Assembly (NCBI GenBank): GCA_029263295.1
Contig: JAJCXT010000032.1
Span: 9,211 to 73,210, forward strand
DNA from: Acidobacteriota bacterium
GTDB lineage: Bacteria > Acidobacteriota > UBA890 > WLXD01
Direction of reading: 5' to 3'
Length of the DNA: 64,000 bases
Below, piece after piece: positions 35,607 to 45,025 of this stretch; positions within the stretch are counted from its first letter, which is position 1; each line of letters begins with the position of its first letter. The position numbers were made by a program, and so were the translations under genes. The notes under the pieces are model-generated. The model had not been told where the DNA came from. It worked only from the letters and a program-made list of their open reading frames with translations, and did not search any database.

Positions 35607-36749
35607 GTGACGACTCGCAACCCAACTCGACTCTTGATCCTGGTTCTCCTGCTCGCTGTACCCGCCGGGGTCGCCGCGCAGACGGCGGGGCCGTCTCCCG
35701 CCGAGTCCCAGGAGGCGTCGGCCCCGGAAGACGCCACCGTCGAGGAGTCGCCGGACGAGGCGGCCCAAGACGCGACTGACGCTGCACCCCAGGGACGTTT
35801 CAGCGGCCTGGTCTTTGGCGATGTCTTCTGGATGGCCTCCAACCACCTGAAAGAGGATGTCCAGGGCTCGTCAGGTCTGTGGTTTCGGCGGATCTACATG
35901 ACCTACGATCATCGCTTCAGCGATCAGTTTGACGCGCGCGTTCGCCTGGAGATGAGGAGCCCTGGCGACTTCGTCACCGCCGCGAAGATCGAACCGTTCG
36001 TGAAGGACGTGTATCTGCGCTGGCGCGGGGAGAACACCAGCGTGCTGCTCGGCATGTCGCCAGCGCCGGCGCTCGCAAGACTCGAATCCCTATGGGGATA
36101 CCGGGCCGTCGAACGGACACCGCTCGACCTGCACCGATGGGTCGGGTCGCGCGACACGGGGATTGCCGTCAAGGGTTCGCTCGGCGGCAGCGGCAAGCTC
36201 AAATACCATGTGTTGTTGGGTAATGGCTCGGGAACCAAGAGCGAGACCAACCCGGGCAAGTCGATCTACGGGGCTCTGTCCTACGACCTGACCGATCGTT
36301 TCTTTGTGGAGGCTTACGCTGACTACAACGACATCGACGATCGGAGCGATCGCCATACGTGGCAGCTTCTTGCCGGGTACAACGCAGGCCGGACACAGGT
36401 AGGCGGCCAGTACGCCGTCCAGACGCGGCGACTCGACGATGGCTCGGACTCGAACCGGTTCTCGCTGGCGTCGTTGTTCGCAGTGCACCGTTTGAGCGAG
36501 CGGCTACGTTTGCTGGTGCGCGTCGACCGGATGTTCGATCCTGACCCCCTCGGACCCGGTATCGCCTACCTCCCGTTCAGCGGCGACGCCCGCTCCACCC
36601 TCGTGATTGCCGGGATCGACTACGAGCTGGCCCCCGGTGTGCAGCTCATCCCGAACTTCCAGTACATCGCCTACGAGAGCGTCGATGACACCCCCGACCC
36701 GGACGATGATCTGATGCTTCGCGTTACGTTCTTCTGGCACTGGGGCTAG
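35607..36749 (+). CDS. Putative outer-membrane beta-barrel porin
   Basis: GTG start. Signal peptide LLILVLLLAVPAGVAAQ, an acidic low-complexity linker, then alternating amphipathic beta-strand pattern ending in an aromatic-rich terminus (RVTFFWHWG). Family not identified. Confidence 0.5.
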   Translation: MTTRNPTRLLILVLLLAVPAGVAAQTAGPSPAESQEASAPEDATVEESPDEAAQDATDAAPQGRFSGLVFGDVFWMASNHLKEDVQGSSGLWFRRIYMTYDHRFSDQFDARVRLEMRSPGDFVTAAKIEPFVKDVYLRWRGENTSVLLGMSPAPALARLESLWGYRAVERTPLDLHRWVGSRDTGIAVKGSLGGSGKLKYHVLLGNGSGTKSETNPGKSIYGALSYDLTDRFFVEAYADYNDIDDRSDRHTWQLLAGYNAGRTQVGGQYAVQTRRLDDGSDSNRFSLASLFAVHRLSERLRLLVRVDRMFDPDPLGPGIAYLPFSGDARSTLVIAGIDYELAPGVQLIPNFQYIAYESVDDTPDPDDDLMLRVTFFWHWG

Positions 36750-36873
36750 TAGCGCCGAATGATCTTGACGCCGCACCAAGCAGCGCCCCCGCGCGGCACC
36801 AACCCCCGGTCGGGATGTCTCACCGACCTCGAGCATGGTTGATCTTTCGCTAATGGGCGCCCACGCTGGGCGG

Positions 36874-37917
36874 ATGAACAGCATTGAGCGGCGCAGCTGG
36901 CTCGGTAAGCATCTGCGGATCGGGCAGGAATGGCTCTATCTCTCGTTCGAGGATTGCAGAGCCACGGGGGTTACCGAGGAAGATATCTTCGAGCTCACCG
37001 AACGGTCGCTGGCCGCGCACGGGCGGGAAGAGGTCGAGATGCCCGCCAAGATCGGTCTGCACCCGCAGCCGGATTCGCTCATGCATGCCATGCCGGCGTA
37101 CGCTCCATCGGAGTTCGCCTGCGGCATCAAGTGGGCAGGCAATTTCCCCACCAACGCCGAGCGCTTCCCTGATCTCGTCGCGACCAGCGCGGTGCTCATC
37201 TTGAACGATCACGAATCCGGACTGCCCCTGGCGCTGATGGACGCCTGCTGGATTACCGAGGTGCGCACGCCTTCAGTGTCCTTCGTCGCGGCGAAGCATC
37301 TTGCCGACCCCGATGCCACGACGTTCGGGATGATCGGCTGTGGAATTCAGGGCAAGGCGCATGTGCGCATGGCCAGCCACGGGCTACCGAACGTCGAAGA
37401 GATCGTCGTGTACGACGTTTTCGAGTCCGCCATGGCCAAGCTGATCGACACCTGCCAGCCGCTCGTCGCGGCGAAGATCCGCAAAGCGGCCAGTGTCGAA
37501 GACCTGGTGAAGTCAGTCCAGGTAATAGCCAGCGCCACTCCGATTGCTCGTCCTCCCGAACCTCGAATACGAGACGAGTGGGTTAGCGCGGGGCAGACCC
37601 TGTTGCTCAACGACTGCCACTCGCAGGTTGCGGATGCGACGGTTCGCCGTGCCGACAAGTACGTCTGCGACAGTGAGGCCCAGCACCGCATCCTGGACGA
37701 CTACGGTTTCTACCCGCAGGGCCTGCCGCCGATCCACGCCGAGACCGGTGAGGTCGTTGCAGGGATCAAGTCGGGACGTACGAGCGCCGCCGAATTGATC
37801 GTCGTGAACAACATAGGAATGGCCGTAGAGGATGTCGTCGTGGCGCGCCAGATCTTCGACCGCGCGCTCGAGCGCGGCATCGGCATCAAGCTGCCGCTCT
37901 GGCAGCGCACCTCCTAG
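36874..37917 (+). CDS. Ornithine cyclodeaminase / mu-crystallin family protein
   Basis: Rossmann motif FGMIGCGIQGKAHV and overall OCD-like layout. Alternative starts at 36835 and 36853. Confidence 0.7.
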   Translation: MNSIERRSWLGKHLRIGQEWLYLSFEDCRATGVTEEDIFELTERSLAAHGREEVEMPAKIGLHPQPDSLMHAMPAYAPSEFACGIKWAGNFPTNAERFPDLVATSAVLILNDHESGLPLALMDACWITEVRTPSVSFVAAKHLADPDATTFGMIGCGIQGKAHVRMASHGLPNVEEIVVYDVFESAMAKLIDTCQPLVAAKIRKAASVEDLVKSVQVIASATPIARPPEPRIRDEWVSAGQTLLLNDCHSQVADATVRRADKYVCDSEAQHRILDDYGFYPQGLPPIHAETGEVVAGIKSGRTSAAELIVVNNIGMAVEDVVVARQIFDRALERGIGIKLPLWQRTS

Positions 37918-37952
37918 CGAGGCCCGGTTCGGCCTTCGGAACGCGCCCGTGA

Positions 37953-40550
37953 TTACTGACCGCTCAGGGCCTGCGCGGGGTCGATCTTGGTGGCTCGACG
38001 TGTGGGTAGCCAGATGGCGACGAGCGCGACGCCCGAGAGCAGTGCTGCAGCTGAGGCGAACGTCGTCACATCGTGGGGATCGATGCCGAAAAGGACGCCG
38101 CCAGCCAGCGGCGTCAGCATTGCTGCCCCCAGTAGCCCGATGGTGGTACCCAGGAACGCCAGTCGGCTGCCCTGGCCGAACATCAGCCGTGCGACGTCGC
38201 GGTCCTGGGCGCCCAGAGCCCGCCGCAAGCCGATCTCCGCTGTTCTCGCTGCGACGGTGTGCCCGGTTACACCCGCGATGCCGAGCGTTGCGAGAATCGT
38301 GGCGAGTGCCGCAAAAGCAGTGAGCAGTGTCGCCTGCAGTCGAGGAGCGGCCGTGTAGGTGTCCAGAAAGCTCGCGAAGGGACGGATGTTGTCGAGTGGC
38401 ACCGTCGCATCAAGCTCGCGAATCGTGTCGCGAACCGCGGTGACCAGCGCCGGAGTCTGCTCGCTTGCTCGGATCGTCACGGTGGCTGAGCGCCGCTTCC
38501 ATATCGGCGTGAGCGGCTGTGACCTCAGCGCATAGATTGCGGGCTCGGGTGGAGTCGCCGGCCCTGCCTGGCGGACCGCGTGAACGACGCCGATGATCAT
38601 GTGCGGCGCGTCGAAGAGCACGATTGACTTGCCAACTGCCGACTCTTTGCCGAATACCCGCTGCTGCAGCGTCTCGTTGATCCACACTTGCGGTGCAGGG
38701 TCGAGAGCGTCGACCGCGGCCGGCAGGCGCCCCGCGCGCAGCGCGATCCCCATGGTCTCGAAGTAGCCGGGCGAGATCGCGCGCGTTTGTGCCGTGGCGT
38801 CGTCGGCCTGTTGTATCGGGGCGCCGCCTTCCACCGCGAACGCCCAATCACTCATCACACCAGTGAGCGGCAGCATGTCGACCGTGCCGACATCTTGCAC
38901 CTGTGGGATCGCGGCGAGTTGCTCGCGCAGTTGCCGGTAGAAGACGTTGAGCTCTTCCGGACTACGGCCGGCCGCCGGGGTGACGCTCACGGTGAGCACA
39001 CGGTCCACGGTCAGGCCCGTGTCCATCTCCGCCAGGTTGCTCGCCGAGCGTATCATCAGGCCGGCGAGGATCAGAAGTACCGTCGAGAAAGCGAGCTCGG
39101 CCATCACGAGTCCGCCGCGCAGGCGCTGGCCCTGTCGACCCCGTGCGGCACCGCGTCCCCCTTCTTTCAGGGCGGACACCAGATCATCCGAGCGGACCAT
39201 CCACGCGGGGGCCAGACCGAAGACCAAGCCGGTAGCGACCGTGGCGGCCGCCGAGAACGCCAGCACTCGAGCATCGAGTCCGAGCTCGACCCACGAGGGG
39301 AGAGCGGCCGCAGCGCGACCCGACAGAGCGCGCAGTCCGATCGCGGCGAGACCCATCCCGGCGATCCCTCCCAGAGTAGATAGCACCAGACTCTCGGTGA
39401 GCAGCTGTCGCACCAATCGCGAGCGCGCCGCACCGAGCGATTGGCGCACGGCGATCTCGAGACCACGGGCAGCCGCGCGTGTGAGCAACAAGGTGGCTAC
39501 GTTCAAGCAGGCGATCGCGAGCACGAGTCCGACTGCTGCCAGAAGAACGAGCGACGTTTGGGCGGCGCCTCGTGTCATCCGCTCGCGGATCGGAATCAGC
39601 CGCATTCGACGATCCGTGTTGGTCTCGGGGTATTCGTGTTCGAGCGCGGCGGCGATGGTGGTCGCTTCGGCCTGGGCCGTCGTCAGTTCGACGCCGTCCG
39701 CGACCCGTCCCCAGCTCAGGAGCCACGACTGGTTGCGGCCAGCTCCGGCGAGATAGGGCTGGGTGTTGCGCCAGGCATCAGCGTTCACGAGCAGGTCACG
39801 AAAGGCCTCAGACGTGACCCCCACGAGTTGGTAGGCAGTGCCATCGAATTCGATGGGTTGCCCGATGGCGTCGGGATCGCCAGCGAGCTGCTGTTGCCAG
39901 AAGTTGTAGGAGACCACCACCGATGGATCCGCAGTGAAGTCATCGTCGCTGCTGTCGAGGTAGCGCCCGAGAGCGGGCGCGTCGGCGAACAACCGAAAGT
40001 AGGTCGACGACACGGTGGCGCCGCGCACGCGAACGGGTTCGTCTCCCTGGTAGACTGGTTGCCACCAGGCCGAGTAGGCGACGGCCTCGAGCGTCTTTGC
40101 GCGTTGCGCGTAGTCAAGAATGTCGGGATACGAGACCGTCGCGCTCTCCTCGCCGTCTTCGTGGGCGACGAGTTGCACGATGCGGTGAGCGTCACCGTAG
40201 GCAAGCGGGCGCAGCAGCAGCGCATTGACCACCGTGAAGATCGCGGTGTTGGCGCCGATTCCGAGCGCCAAGGTGAGCACGGCCACCAGGGTGAAGCCGG
40301 GCGTCGACCGCAGCGTGCGCATGGCGAAGCCGATGTCCCGAGTCAGGCCGCCAGGGTCAATGGCTCGCGCGCAAACACGGACCGCGTCCTCCGTTGCGCT
40401 CAGCAAGAGACTGGTTCGGGACACAAGTCGCAGATCGGGTCGCTGCTGGCGTTGCAGGCGGAAATGTGCGAACTCCGCGTGCCGTTCGTTGACCCATGAG
40501 GATCGCCGTGCGCGAGGGACCAATAGACTCAGTAGCCGTAGCGTGAGCAT
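37953..40550 (-). CDS. ADOP-type permease
   Basis: 865 aa. ...FAMRTLRSTPGFTLVAVLTLALGIGANTAIFT, two FtsX-type modules, tail IWLPTRRATKIDPAQALSGQ. The ATG shares 1 nt with the padR stop (TGATG at 40548-40552). Confidence 0.85.
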   Translation of the reverse strand: MLTLRLLSLLVPRARRSSWVNERHAEFAHFRLQRQQRPDLRLVSRTSLLLSATEDAVRVCARAIDPGGLTRDIGFAMRTLRSTPGFTLVAVLTLALGIGANTAIFTVVNALLLRPLAYGDAHRIVQLVAHEDGEESATVSYPDILDYAQRAKTLEAVAYSAWWQPVYQGDEPVRVRGATVSSTYFRLFADAPALGRYLDSSDDDFTADPSVVVSYNFWQQQLAGDPDAIGQPIEFDGTAYQLVGVTSEAFRDLLVNADAWRNTQPYLAGAGRNQSWLLSWGRVADGVELTTAQAEATTIAAALEHEYPETNTDRRMRLIPIRERMTRGAAQTSLVLLAAVGLVLAIACLNVATLLLTRAAARGLEIAVRQSLGAARSRLVRQLLTESLVLSTLGGIAGMGLAAIGLRALSGRAAAALPSWVELGLDARVLAFSAAATVATGLVFGLAPAWMVRSDDLVSALKEGGRGAARGRQGQRLRGGLVMAELAFSTVLLILAGLMIRSASNLAEMDTGLTVDRVLTVSVTPAAGRSPEELNVFYRQLREQLAAIPQVQDVGTVDMLPLTGVMSDWAFAVEGGAPIQQADDATAQTRAISPGYFETMGIALRAGRLPAAVDALDPAPQVWINETLQQRVFGKESAVGKSIVLFDAPHMIIGVVHAVRQAGPATPPEPAIYALRSQPLTPIWKRRSATVTIRASEQTPALVTAVRDTIRELDATVPLDNIRPFASFLDTYTAAPRLQATLLTAFAALATILATLGIAGVTGHTVAARTAEIGLRRALGAQDRDVARLMFGQGSRLAFLGTTIGLLGAAMLTPLAGGVLFGIDPHDVTTFASAAALLSGVALVAIWLPTRRATKIDPAQALSGQ

Positions 40551-40855
40551 CAGGCGCTCACCGGATCGGCAGCGGGTACCGTGAGCGGATAACGCTGCGA
40601 CGCGCGATCGAGTAGATCACTAGCCGCGGTGGTCAACTCGTAGTACTTGCGCGATGGTCGTCCCTGTTCCCGTCCGAGTCGCGGATCTTCCCAGACCGAA
40701 CGGACAGCGCCCGCTTCCTCGAGGCGTCGCAGGATGGGGTAGATGGTGCCGCGGCGAACGCCGGTGGCGTCGGCGATGTCGAACCCGTACCGGTGGCCTG
40801 CGTTGAGGGCCTGCAGGACGGCGGCGGTGGCGTACGTAAGTCGTTCCATGGTCAT
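40550..40855 (-). CDS. PadR-family transcriptional regulator
   Basis: 101 aa. YATAAVLQALNAGHRYGFDIADATGVRRGTIYPILRRLEEAGAVRS...RKYYELT. Confidence 0.8.
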   Translation of the reverse strand: MTMERLTYATAAVLQALNAGHRYGFDIADATGVRRGTIYPILRRLEEAGAVRSVWEDPRLGREQGRPSRKYYELTTAASDLLDRASQRYPLTVPAADPVSA

Positions 40856-40892
40856 CGAGGTTCCTGTGGCGGTGTCGGGCAGTTCGTTTCAG

Positions 40893-40922
40893 GATCTTAT
40901 AAGGGCTAGACTGTATAAGATC
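40893..40922. promoter_or_regulatory. Perfect 9-bp inverted repeat GATCTTATA-N12-TATAAGATC upstream of padR 40550-40855
   Basis: Arms at 40893-40901 and 40914-40922 in an AT-rich island, 38-67 nt upstream of the padR start. CTAGA is also directly repeated at 40906-10 and 40921-25. Confidence 0.5.
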
Positions 40923-40989
40923 TAGAATATACCAAGGGTCGAATAGTCGACAAGTAAGGTCCGAGCCCGACGCGCTGGTGCTGGCAGGA

Positions 40990-43110
40990 TCAGCGTCGAG
41001 AGCGTCGGAGCCAGAGGTCGGAGTGGCTCAGGTCGACACTCGACACGATGGTTCGGGAGCCATCGGGACTGACCCAGAGTCCGCCACCGCCGAAGAGCTC
41101 TTTGACGCCGTCGTCGGACTCGAGCCGGATGAGATCCGTGGTGGTTCCGGTCAAAGGGTCGAGGCGGCTGAGCCAGCCGGTGGGCGTCTCGTCCCAGCGC
41201 ACGTAGTAGACGTGATCTCCTTCATCGGTTCGGACAACCGTCCAGTCAGCGAGCGCCGACGGCGCAAAGACGGGATCTATGAGTTCGGCTTCGGAGTCGG
41301 CACTGCGTTGGTGCCACAGGCCAGCGGCATCGTGTCGGGCGAACCAGATGCCGCCGTCGTTTGCCGCTCGCGCGGTGCCGCCGCCGTTGCGTGTCCATCG
41401 TTCGATCCGACTGCTGCCGAGATCCGCGGCCCAGACTTCCCACCCTCCCGTACGGTTGGACGAGAAGTAGATCCGCGCGCCATCCGCCGAGAACGAGGGC
41501 TCCCGCTCATCGGACGCATCGGTGACGACCCATTCGACCGCGCCGTTCGCGCTGTTGATGCGGGCGATATCCAGCCCCGAAGCACCAACTATCGACACAG
41601 CCAGCCAACGGCCGTCGGGAGACCATACCGGGGTGCTCGCAATCTGGCGACCAAGTTGGGTGAGCTGGGTCGGGTCGCTGCCGCCGGCCGCCGCAAGCCA
41701 GATCTCAGGGTCGCCGCCGCGATTCGAGATGAACGCCAGATGTCCGCCATCGGGCGAGCGGACCCCGCGCCAGTCCCAGCGTGTCGAGCCAACGAGCCGG
41801 CTCGCGGCTGCGCTCGCCGTGTCGAGTTCCCACAGATTGATCTCGCTCTTCCACTCCTCGTAGATCAGGTCCGCGCCCCGGACGGCCGGTCCGGAGGCGT
41901 TCATTCCGACAGTCCGAAGAGCCACGGGCATGCCGCCGTCGGCGTCGATCTGCCACAGCGCTGACGTGCCGGTACGGTTCCAGCCGAAGATGACGGTGCG
42001 GTCGCTCGCGCCCCACGCGAGACCCGAAATCGGGTACCCGACAGACGTCAACTGACGCAGTTCGCCGGTGGCGAGGTGCAGCAGGAACAGGTCCTCGATC
42101 TCAGGCGTTCGCCGCCGCCCGATCGCCACGCGCTGGTGGTCGTGGGAGACCGCGAAGGCCACGTCGCCGTCGGATTGTGCTGGTGGATCGGTCAGCGTTC
42201 GAACGTCGCCGGATGCCAGGTCCAGTTCGTAGATGCGCACAGGGCCAGCGCGGTCTTCGCGGCGGGTCATCAGGAGGGTCTCGTCGTCACGCCATCCGAT
42301 CATTCGGCAACAGTCTGTCGGTCCGCGCGAGACGCCACAGTCGAGTCCCGTGGGCGCCTCCTGACCGTCGGCGAGGTCAAGTACGAAGAATCCACATGCG
42401 CTGTCGGTCATTCGCAAGAAGGCGACACGGCTACCCTCGGGCGATATCGCGGGAGACGTCTCGTGCTCCGGAGTACTGGTCAACCGCCGTGCCGCACCAC
42501 CTCCGAACGGCCGGCTCCAGAGATCCCACTGGAGGGCACCGTTGCCTTCCTTCGGGTAGTTGGCGAACACCACGGTGGCCCCCGAGCTATCGATGTCGGG
42601 CTGGGTCTCGTAGCCCGACATGGAAGAGAACGGGGCGAACTCGGCATCCGGCGGGGCCGGAGGAGCGGCGGGGGTCGGGACATCGCGTGTGACGATCCAC
42701 ATCACCCCCGCGAGCAGGACCGCGGTGACCGCGATTCCTGCATAACGTCCCCCCGTGCTGTTTACGGGCGTGCCGCCGGCTGGTGCGCGGCTCTCGATCT
42801 GGGGCTCGACGGTGAGGCGATAGCCGCGTTTGGAAACGGTTTCGATCAGCTCGGCGTGGTCGCCGAGACTGCGCCGCAGCTTCCAGATTGCCCGGTGGAT
42901 CGCGTCGTCCGAGACGTAGGCATCCCACAACGTGTCGCGCAGTTGTTCTCGCGACACGGTCTGGCCTGCGTTCTTGGCAAGCAGTACGAGGATCTCCATC
43001 ACGCGCGGTTCCACGCGATGTTCGCCGCCGCCGAATTCCAGCATCAGGCGCGAGGGCTGTACCCGTACCTTGCCGAGACGGAACTTCTTTGAGCTGAGAT
43101 CAGGTGCCAT
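40990..43110 (-). CDS. ToxR/CadC-like membrane-anchored regulator: OmpR/PhoB-type winged helix, one TM helix, periplasmic TolB-like (PD40) beta-propeller
   Basis: N-terminal RVEPRVMEILVLLAKNAGQTVSREQLRDTLWDAYVSDDAIHRAIWKLRRSLGDHAELIETVSKRGYRL (trans_reg_C pattern). TM helix YAGIAVTAVLLAGVMWIV. Repeated PD40-like units follow (ISPEGSRVAFL, SPDGGHLAFISNRGGDPEIWL, SPDGRWLAVS, FSADGARIYFSSNRTGGWEVW). Confidence 0.8.
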   Translation of the reverse strand: MAPDLSSKKFRLGKVRVQPSRLMLEFGGGEHRVEPRVMEILVLLAKNAGQTVSREQLRDTLWDAYVSDDAIHRAIWKLRRSLGDHAELIETVSKRGYRLTVEPQIESRAPAGGTPVNSTGGRYAGIAVTAVLLAGVMWIVTRDVPTPAAPPAPPDAEFAPFSSMSGYETQPDIDSSGATVVFANYPKEGNGALQWDLWSRPFGGGAARRLTSTPEHETSPAISPEGSRVAFLRMTDSACGFFVLDLADGQEAPTGLDCGVSRGPTDCCRMIGWRDDETLLMTRREDRAGPVRIYELDLASGDVRTLTDPPAQSDGDVAFAVSHDHQRVAIGRRRTPEIEDLFLLHLATGELRQLTSVGYPISGLAWGASDRTVIFGWNRTGTSALWQIDADGGMPVALRTVGMNASGPAVRGADLIYEEWKSEINLWELDTASAAASRLVGSTRWDWRGVRSPDGGHLAFISNRGGDPEIWLAAAGGSDPTQLTQLGRQIASTPVWSPDGRWLAVSIVGASGLDIARINSANGAVEWVVTDASDEREPSFSADGARIYFSSNRTGGWEVWAADLGSSRIERWTRNGGGTARAANDGGIWFARHDAAGLWHQRSADSEAELIDPVFAPSALADWTVVRTDEGDHVYYVRWDETPTGWLSRLDPLTGTTTDLIRLESDDGVKELFGGGGLWVSPDGSRTIVSSVDLSHSDLWLRRSRR

Positions 43111-43161
43111 GTCGGGTGTCGGGGATGACGCGCGGTACAGGGTTCACGACTGTTCTACCAC

Positions 43162-43191
43162 GCTGACCGGCATGGTCAGCGAAAGGTCAGC
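43162..43191. promoter_or_regulatory. Three GGTCAGC heptamers (one inverted) at 11-12 bp spacing in the divergent control region
   Basis: GCTGACC at 43162-68 (inverted copy), GGTCAGC at 43174-80 and GGTCAGC at 43185-91. About one helical turn of phasing, as used by OmpR/PhoB-type winged-helix proteins. Confidence 0.45.
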
Positions 43192-43283
43192 CCGTCGTCC
43201 GGGTCAACCGCGACGCGGTGGGGCACTGTGCGCGCATCCGACCAGTTCTTGCCCCTGAAGCATCCCCGACCCGTGAGTAACGC

Positions 43284-44150
43284 ATGCGCAGAATAGTCCT
43301 CGCAACATTGACCGTGCCGTTGAGTCTGGCCCTATCGGCGCAGGAGCCGGCGGCTTTTCACCGACCGGTCTTCCTGCCTGACGGCGAGACGATCGTCGTC
43401 ATGACCAACCGTCACGACGGCGACTGGGAGTTGTATTCCATTGGTATCGACGGATCGGGTCCGCGGCGATTGACGGATCATGTCGGCTGGGACGGCTACG
43501 CAGATGTCTCGCCCGATGGTCGACACATCGTCTTCGATCGTAGCGACGACGATCATTCGGGCGTGGTCATGGCCAGTCTCGACGGGGAAGGTGAGAGTTG
43601 GCTGCTCGAGAGCGACGGCGCGTCGGTCGGCGGTGCACGGTTTGCGCCCGACGGACGATCGGTTGTTTTCACTTCAGACGAGTCGGGGAATCGCGACCTC
43701 TACAGGTTGTGGCTGGAAGACGGCCGGCGCGAACGCATCACCGACACCAGTCAGGGCGAAGGCGACGCCGTGTTCTCGCCCGACGGCAGCAGGCTCGCAT
43801 ACGCCGTCTGGTTGGACGATGAGACCAGTGCTCTGGAGATCCTCGACCTTACGACCGAGTCGGTGCACAGGGTGCTTGCAGTTCAAGGCCGACTCTACGG
43901 CGTGGCATGGGGTGCTGACGGTGAGGACCTGTACTACAACGACGACTCTGACGGCGACCAGGACATTTACGGCGTGTCGCTGGCAACGGGGCGGGCGCGG
44001 AACCTGACAGACAACGACACTCCGGATCACCTACCGGTCGTTTCCCCGGACGGCCGCCAGGTCGTGTTTACGTCTGAGCGCAACGGGCCGGAAGAGGTCT
44101 TCCTGCTCGATCTGCATACCGGCGTCCAGCGTCAGCTGAAGCTGAGGTAG
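43284..44150 (+). CDS. Periplasmic TolB-like (PD40 repeat) beta-propeller protein
   Basis: Signal peptide MRRIVLATLTVPLSLALSAQ. Repeats FLPDGETIVVMTNRHDGDWELY, VSPDGRHIVFDRSDDD, FAPDGRSVVFTSDESGNRDLYRL, FSPDGSRLAYA, VSPDGRQVVFTSERNGPEEVFLL. Confidence 0.8.
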   Translation: MRRIVLATLTVPLSLALSAQEPAAFHRPVFLPDGETIVVMTNRHDGDWELYSIGIDGSGPRRLTDHVGWDGYADVSPDGRHIVFDRSDDDHSGVVMASLDGEGESWLLESDGASVGGARFAPDGRSVVFTSDESGNRDLYRLWLEDGRRERITDTSQGEGDAVFSPDGSRLAYAVWLDDETSALEILDLTTESVHRVLAVQGRLYGVAWGADGEDLYYNDDSDGDQDIYGVSLATGRARNLTDNDTPDHLPVVSPDGRQVVFTSERNGPEEVFLLDLHTGVQRQLKLR

Positions 44151-44152
44151 CC

Positions 44153-45016
44153 ATGAGGCATCCCACGCGACTTTCGCGGGCCACGGTATTCAGGAGCTTG
44201 GCGTGCGTTTCACTGCTGGCCCGGCCTGATCGACGGCCACGTGCACATGCGCACCGCCAACACATTGCGGTTCTATCTCGCCCACGGATTCACCACCGTG
44301 CGCGACATGAACTCCAACCTGTCCAAGACTCTGGCGGCACGTGAGCTTGTTGACGCGGGCGAGTTGCTCGGGGCGAGAGTCGTAGCCGCGTCGCCGACGA
44401 TGCTCGACTCGCCGTTCAAGGACTATCCGGCTCCCACGACAGCCGCCGAGGGTCGCACGTTGGTGCACTCGTTCAAGGAGCAGGGTTACGATCTGATCAA
44501 GGTGTTCCGTGTGCGGCGCGACGCGTTCCTCGGCTTGATGGAGGAGGCCCAAGCGCAGGGGATGCCAGTGGCTGGTCACCTGCCGGACATCGGCCTCGAC
44601 GATCCGGAGACGACTGACGGTCTGTCGTTCGACGAAGTGATGCGTTCCGGGATGACGTCGTTAGAGCACATCCTGGAAGTGGCTCTGGCCGGTATCGGGG
44701 ATGCCGCGCATGCCGATCGACTTCCTCACGTGGCGGCGCAGGTTGCCAAATCGTGCCCGACGAACTCGTCCGCGAGGTCGTCTACGCTTTCCATGCTGCT
44801 GGCGTGCGCCTCGTGTTGGGCACGGACTCGCACCATCCGGGCTTTCTCGCAGGCTCCTCGGGCCTCGACGAGATCGAGTTCCTGGTGGCCGGCAATCCGC
44901 TCGAGGACCCCGCAGTGCTCCGCACCGCGGCGGGCGTCATGGCGGGCGGACGGTGGCTAGACCGCAGGGACCTCGACCTGCTCATGCAAGCTGCCATCCT
45001 CGACGGTGCCTGGTAG
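44153..45016 (+). pseudogene. Decayed amidohydrolase gene (N-terminally truncated, at least one frameshift)
   Basis: The HxH motif PGLIDGHVH (44220-44246) is preceded by only about 21 codons after a stop at 44154-56. A signal-like ATG ORF at 44153 is in another frame. Frame 0 carries ...MTSLEHILE... up to about 44750, and the C-terminal block VRLVLGTDSHHPGF...MAGGRWLDRRDL continues in a different frame (ORF 44753-45016). Confidence 0.55.
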
Positions 45017-45025
45017 CCGATACGC

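Noticed and set aside
39441-43092. Plus-strand ORFs 39441-40499, 40978-41964 and 42076-43092
   Set aside because: They lie antisense to the ADOP permease and to the wHTH-TolB regulator. No motifs are present, and they are Arg/Gly/Val-rich in the usual high-GC shadow-ORF pattern.
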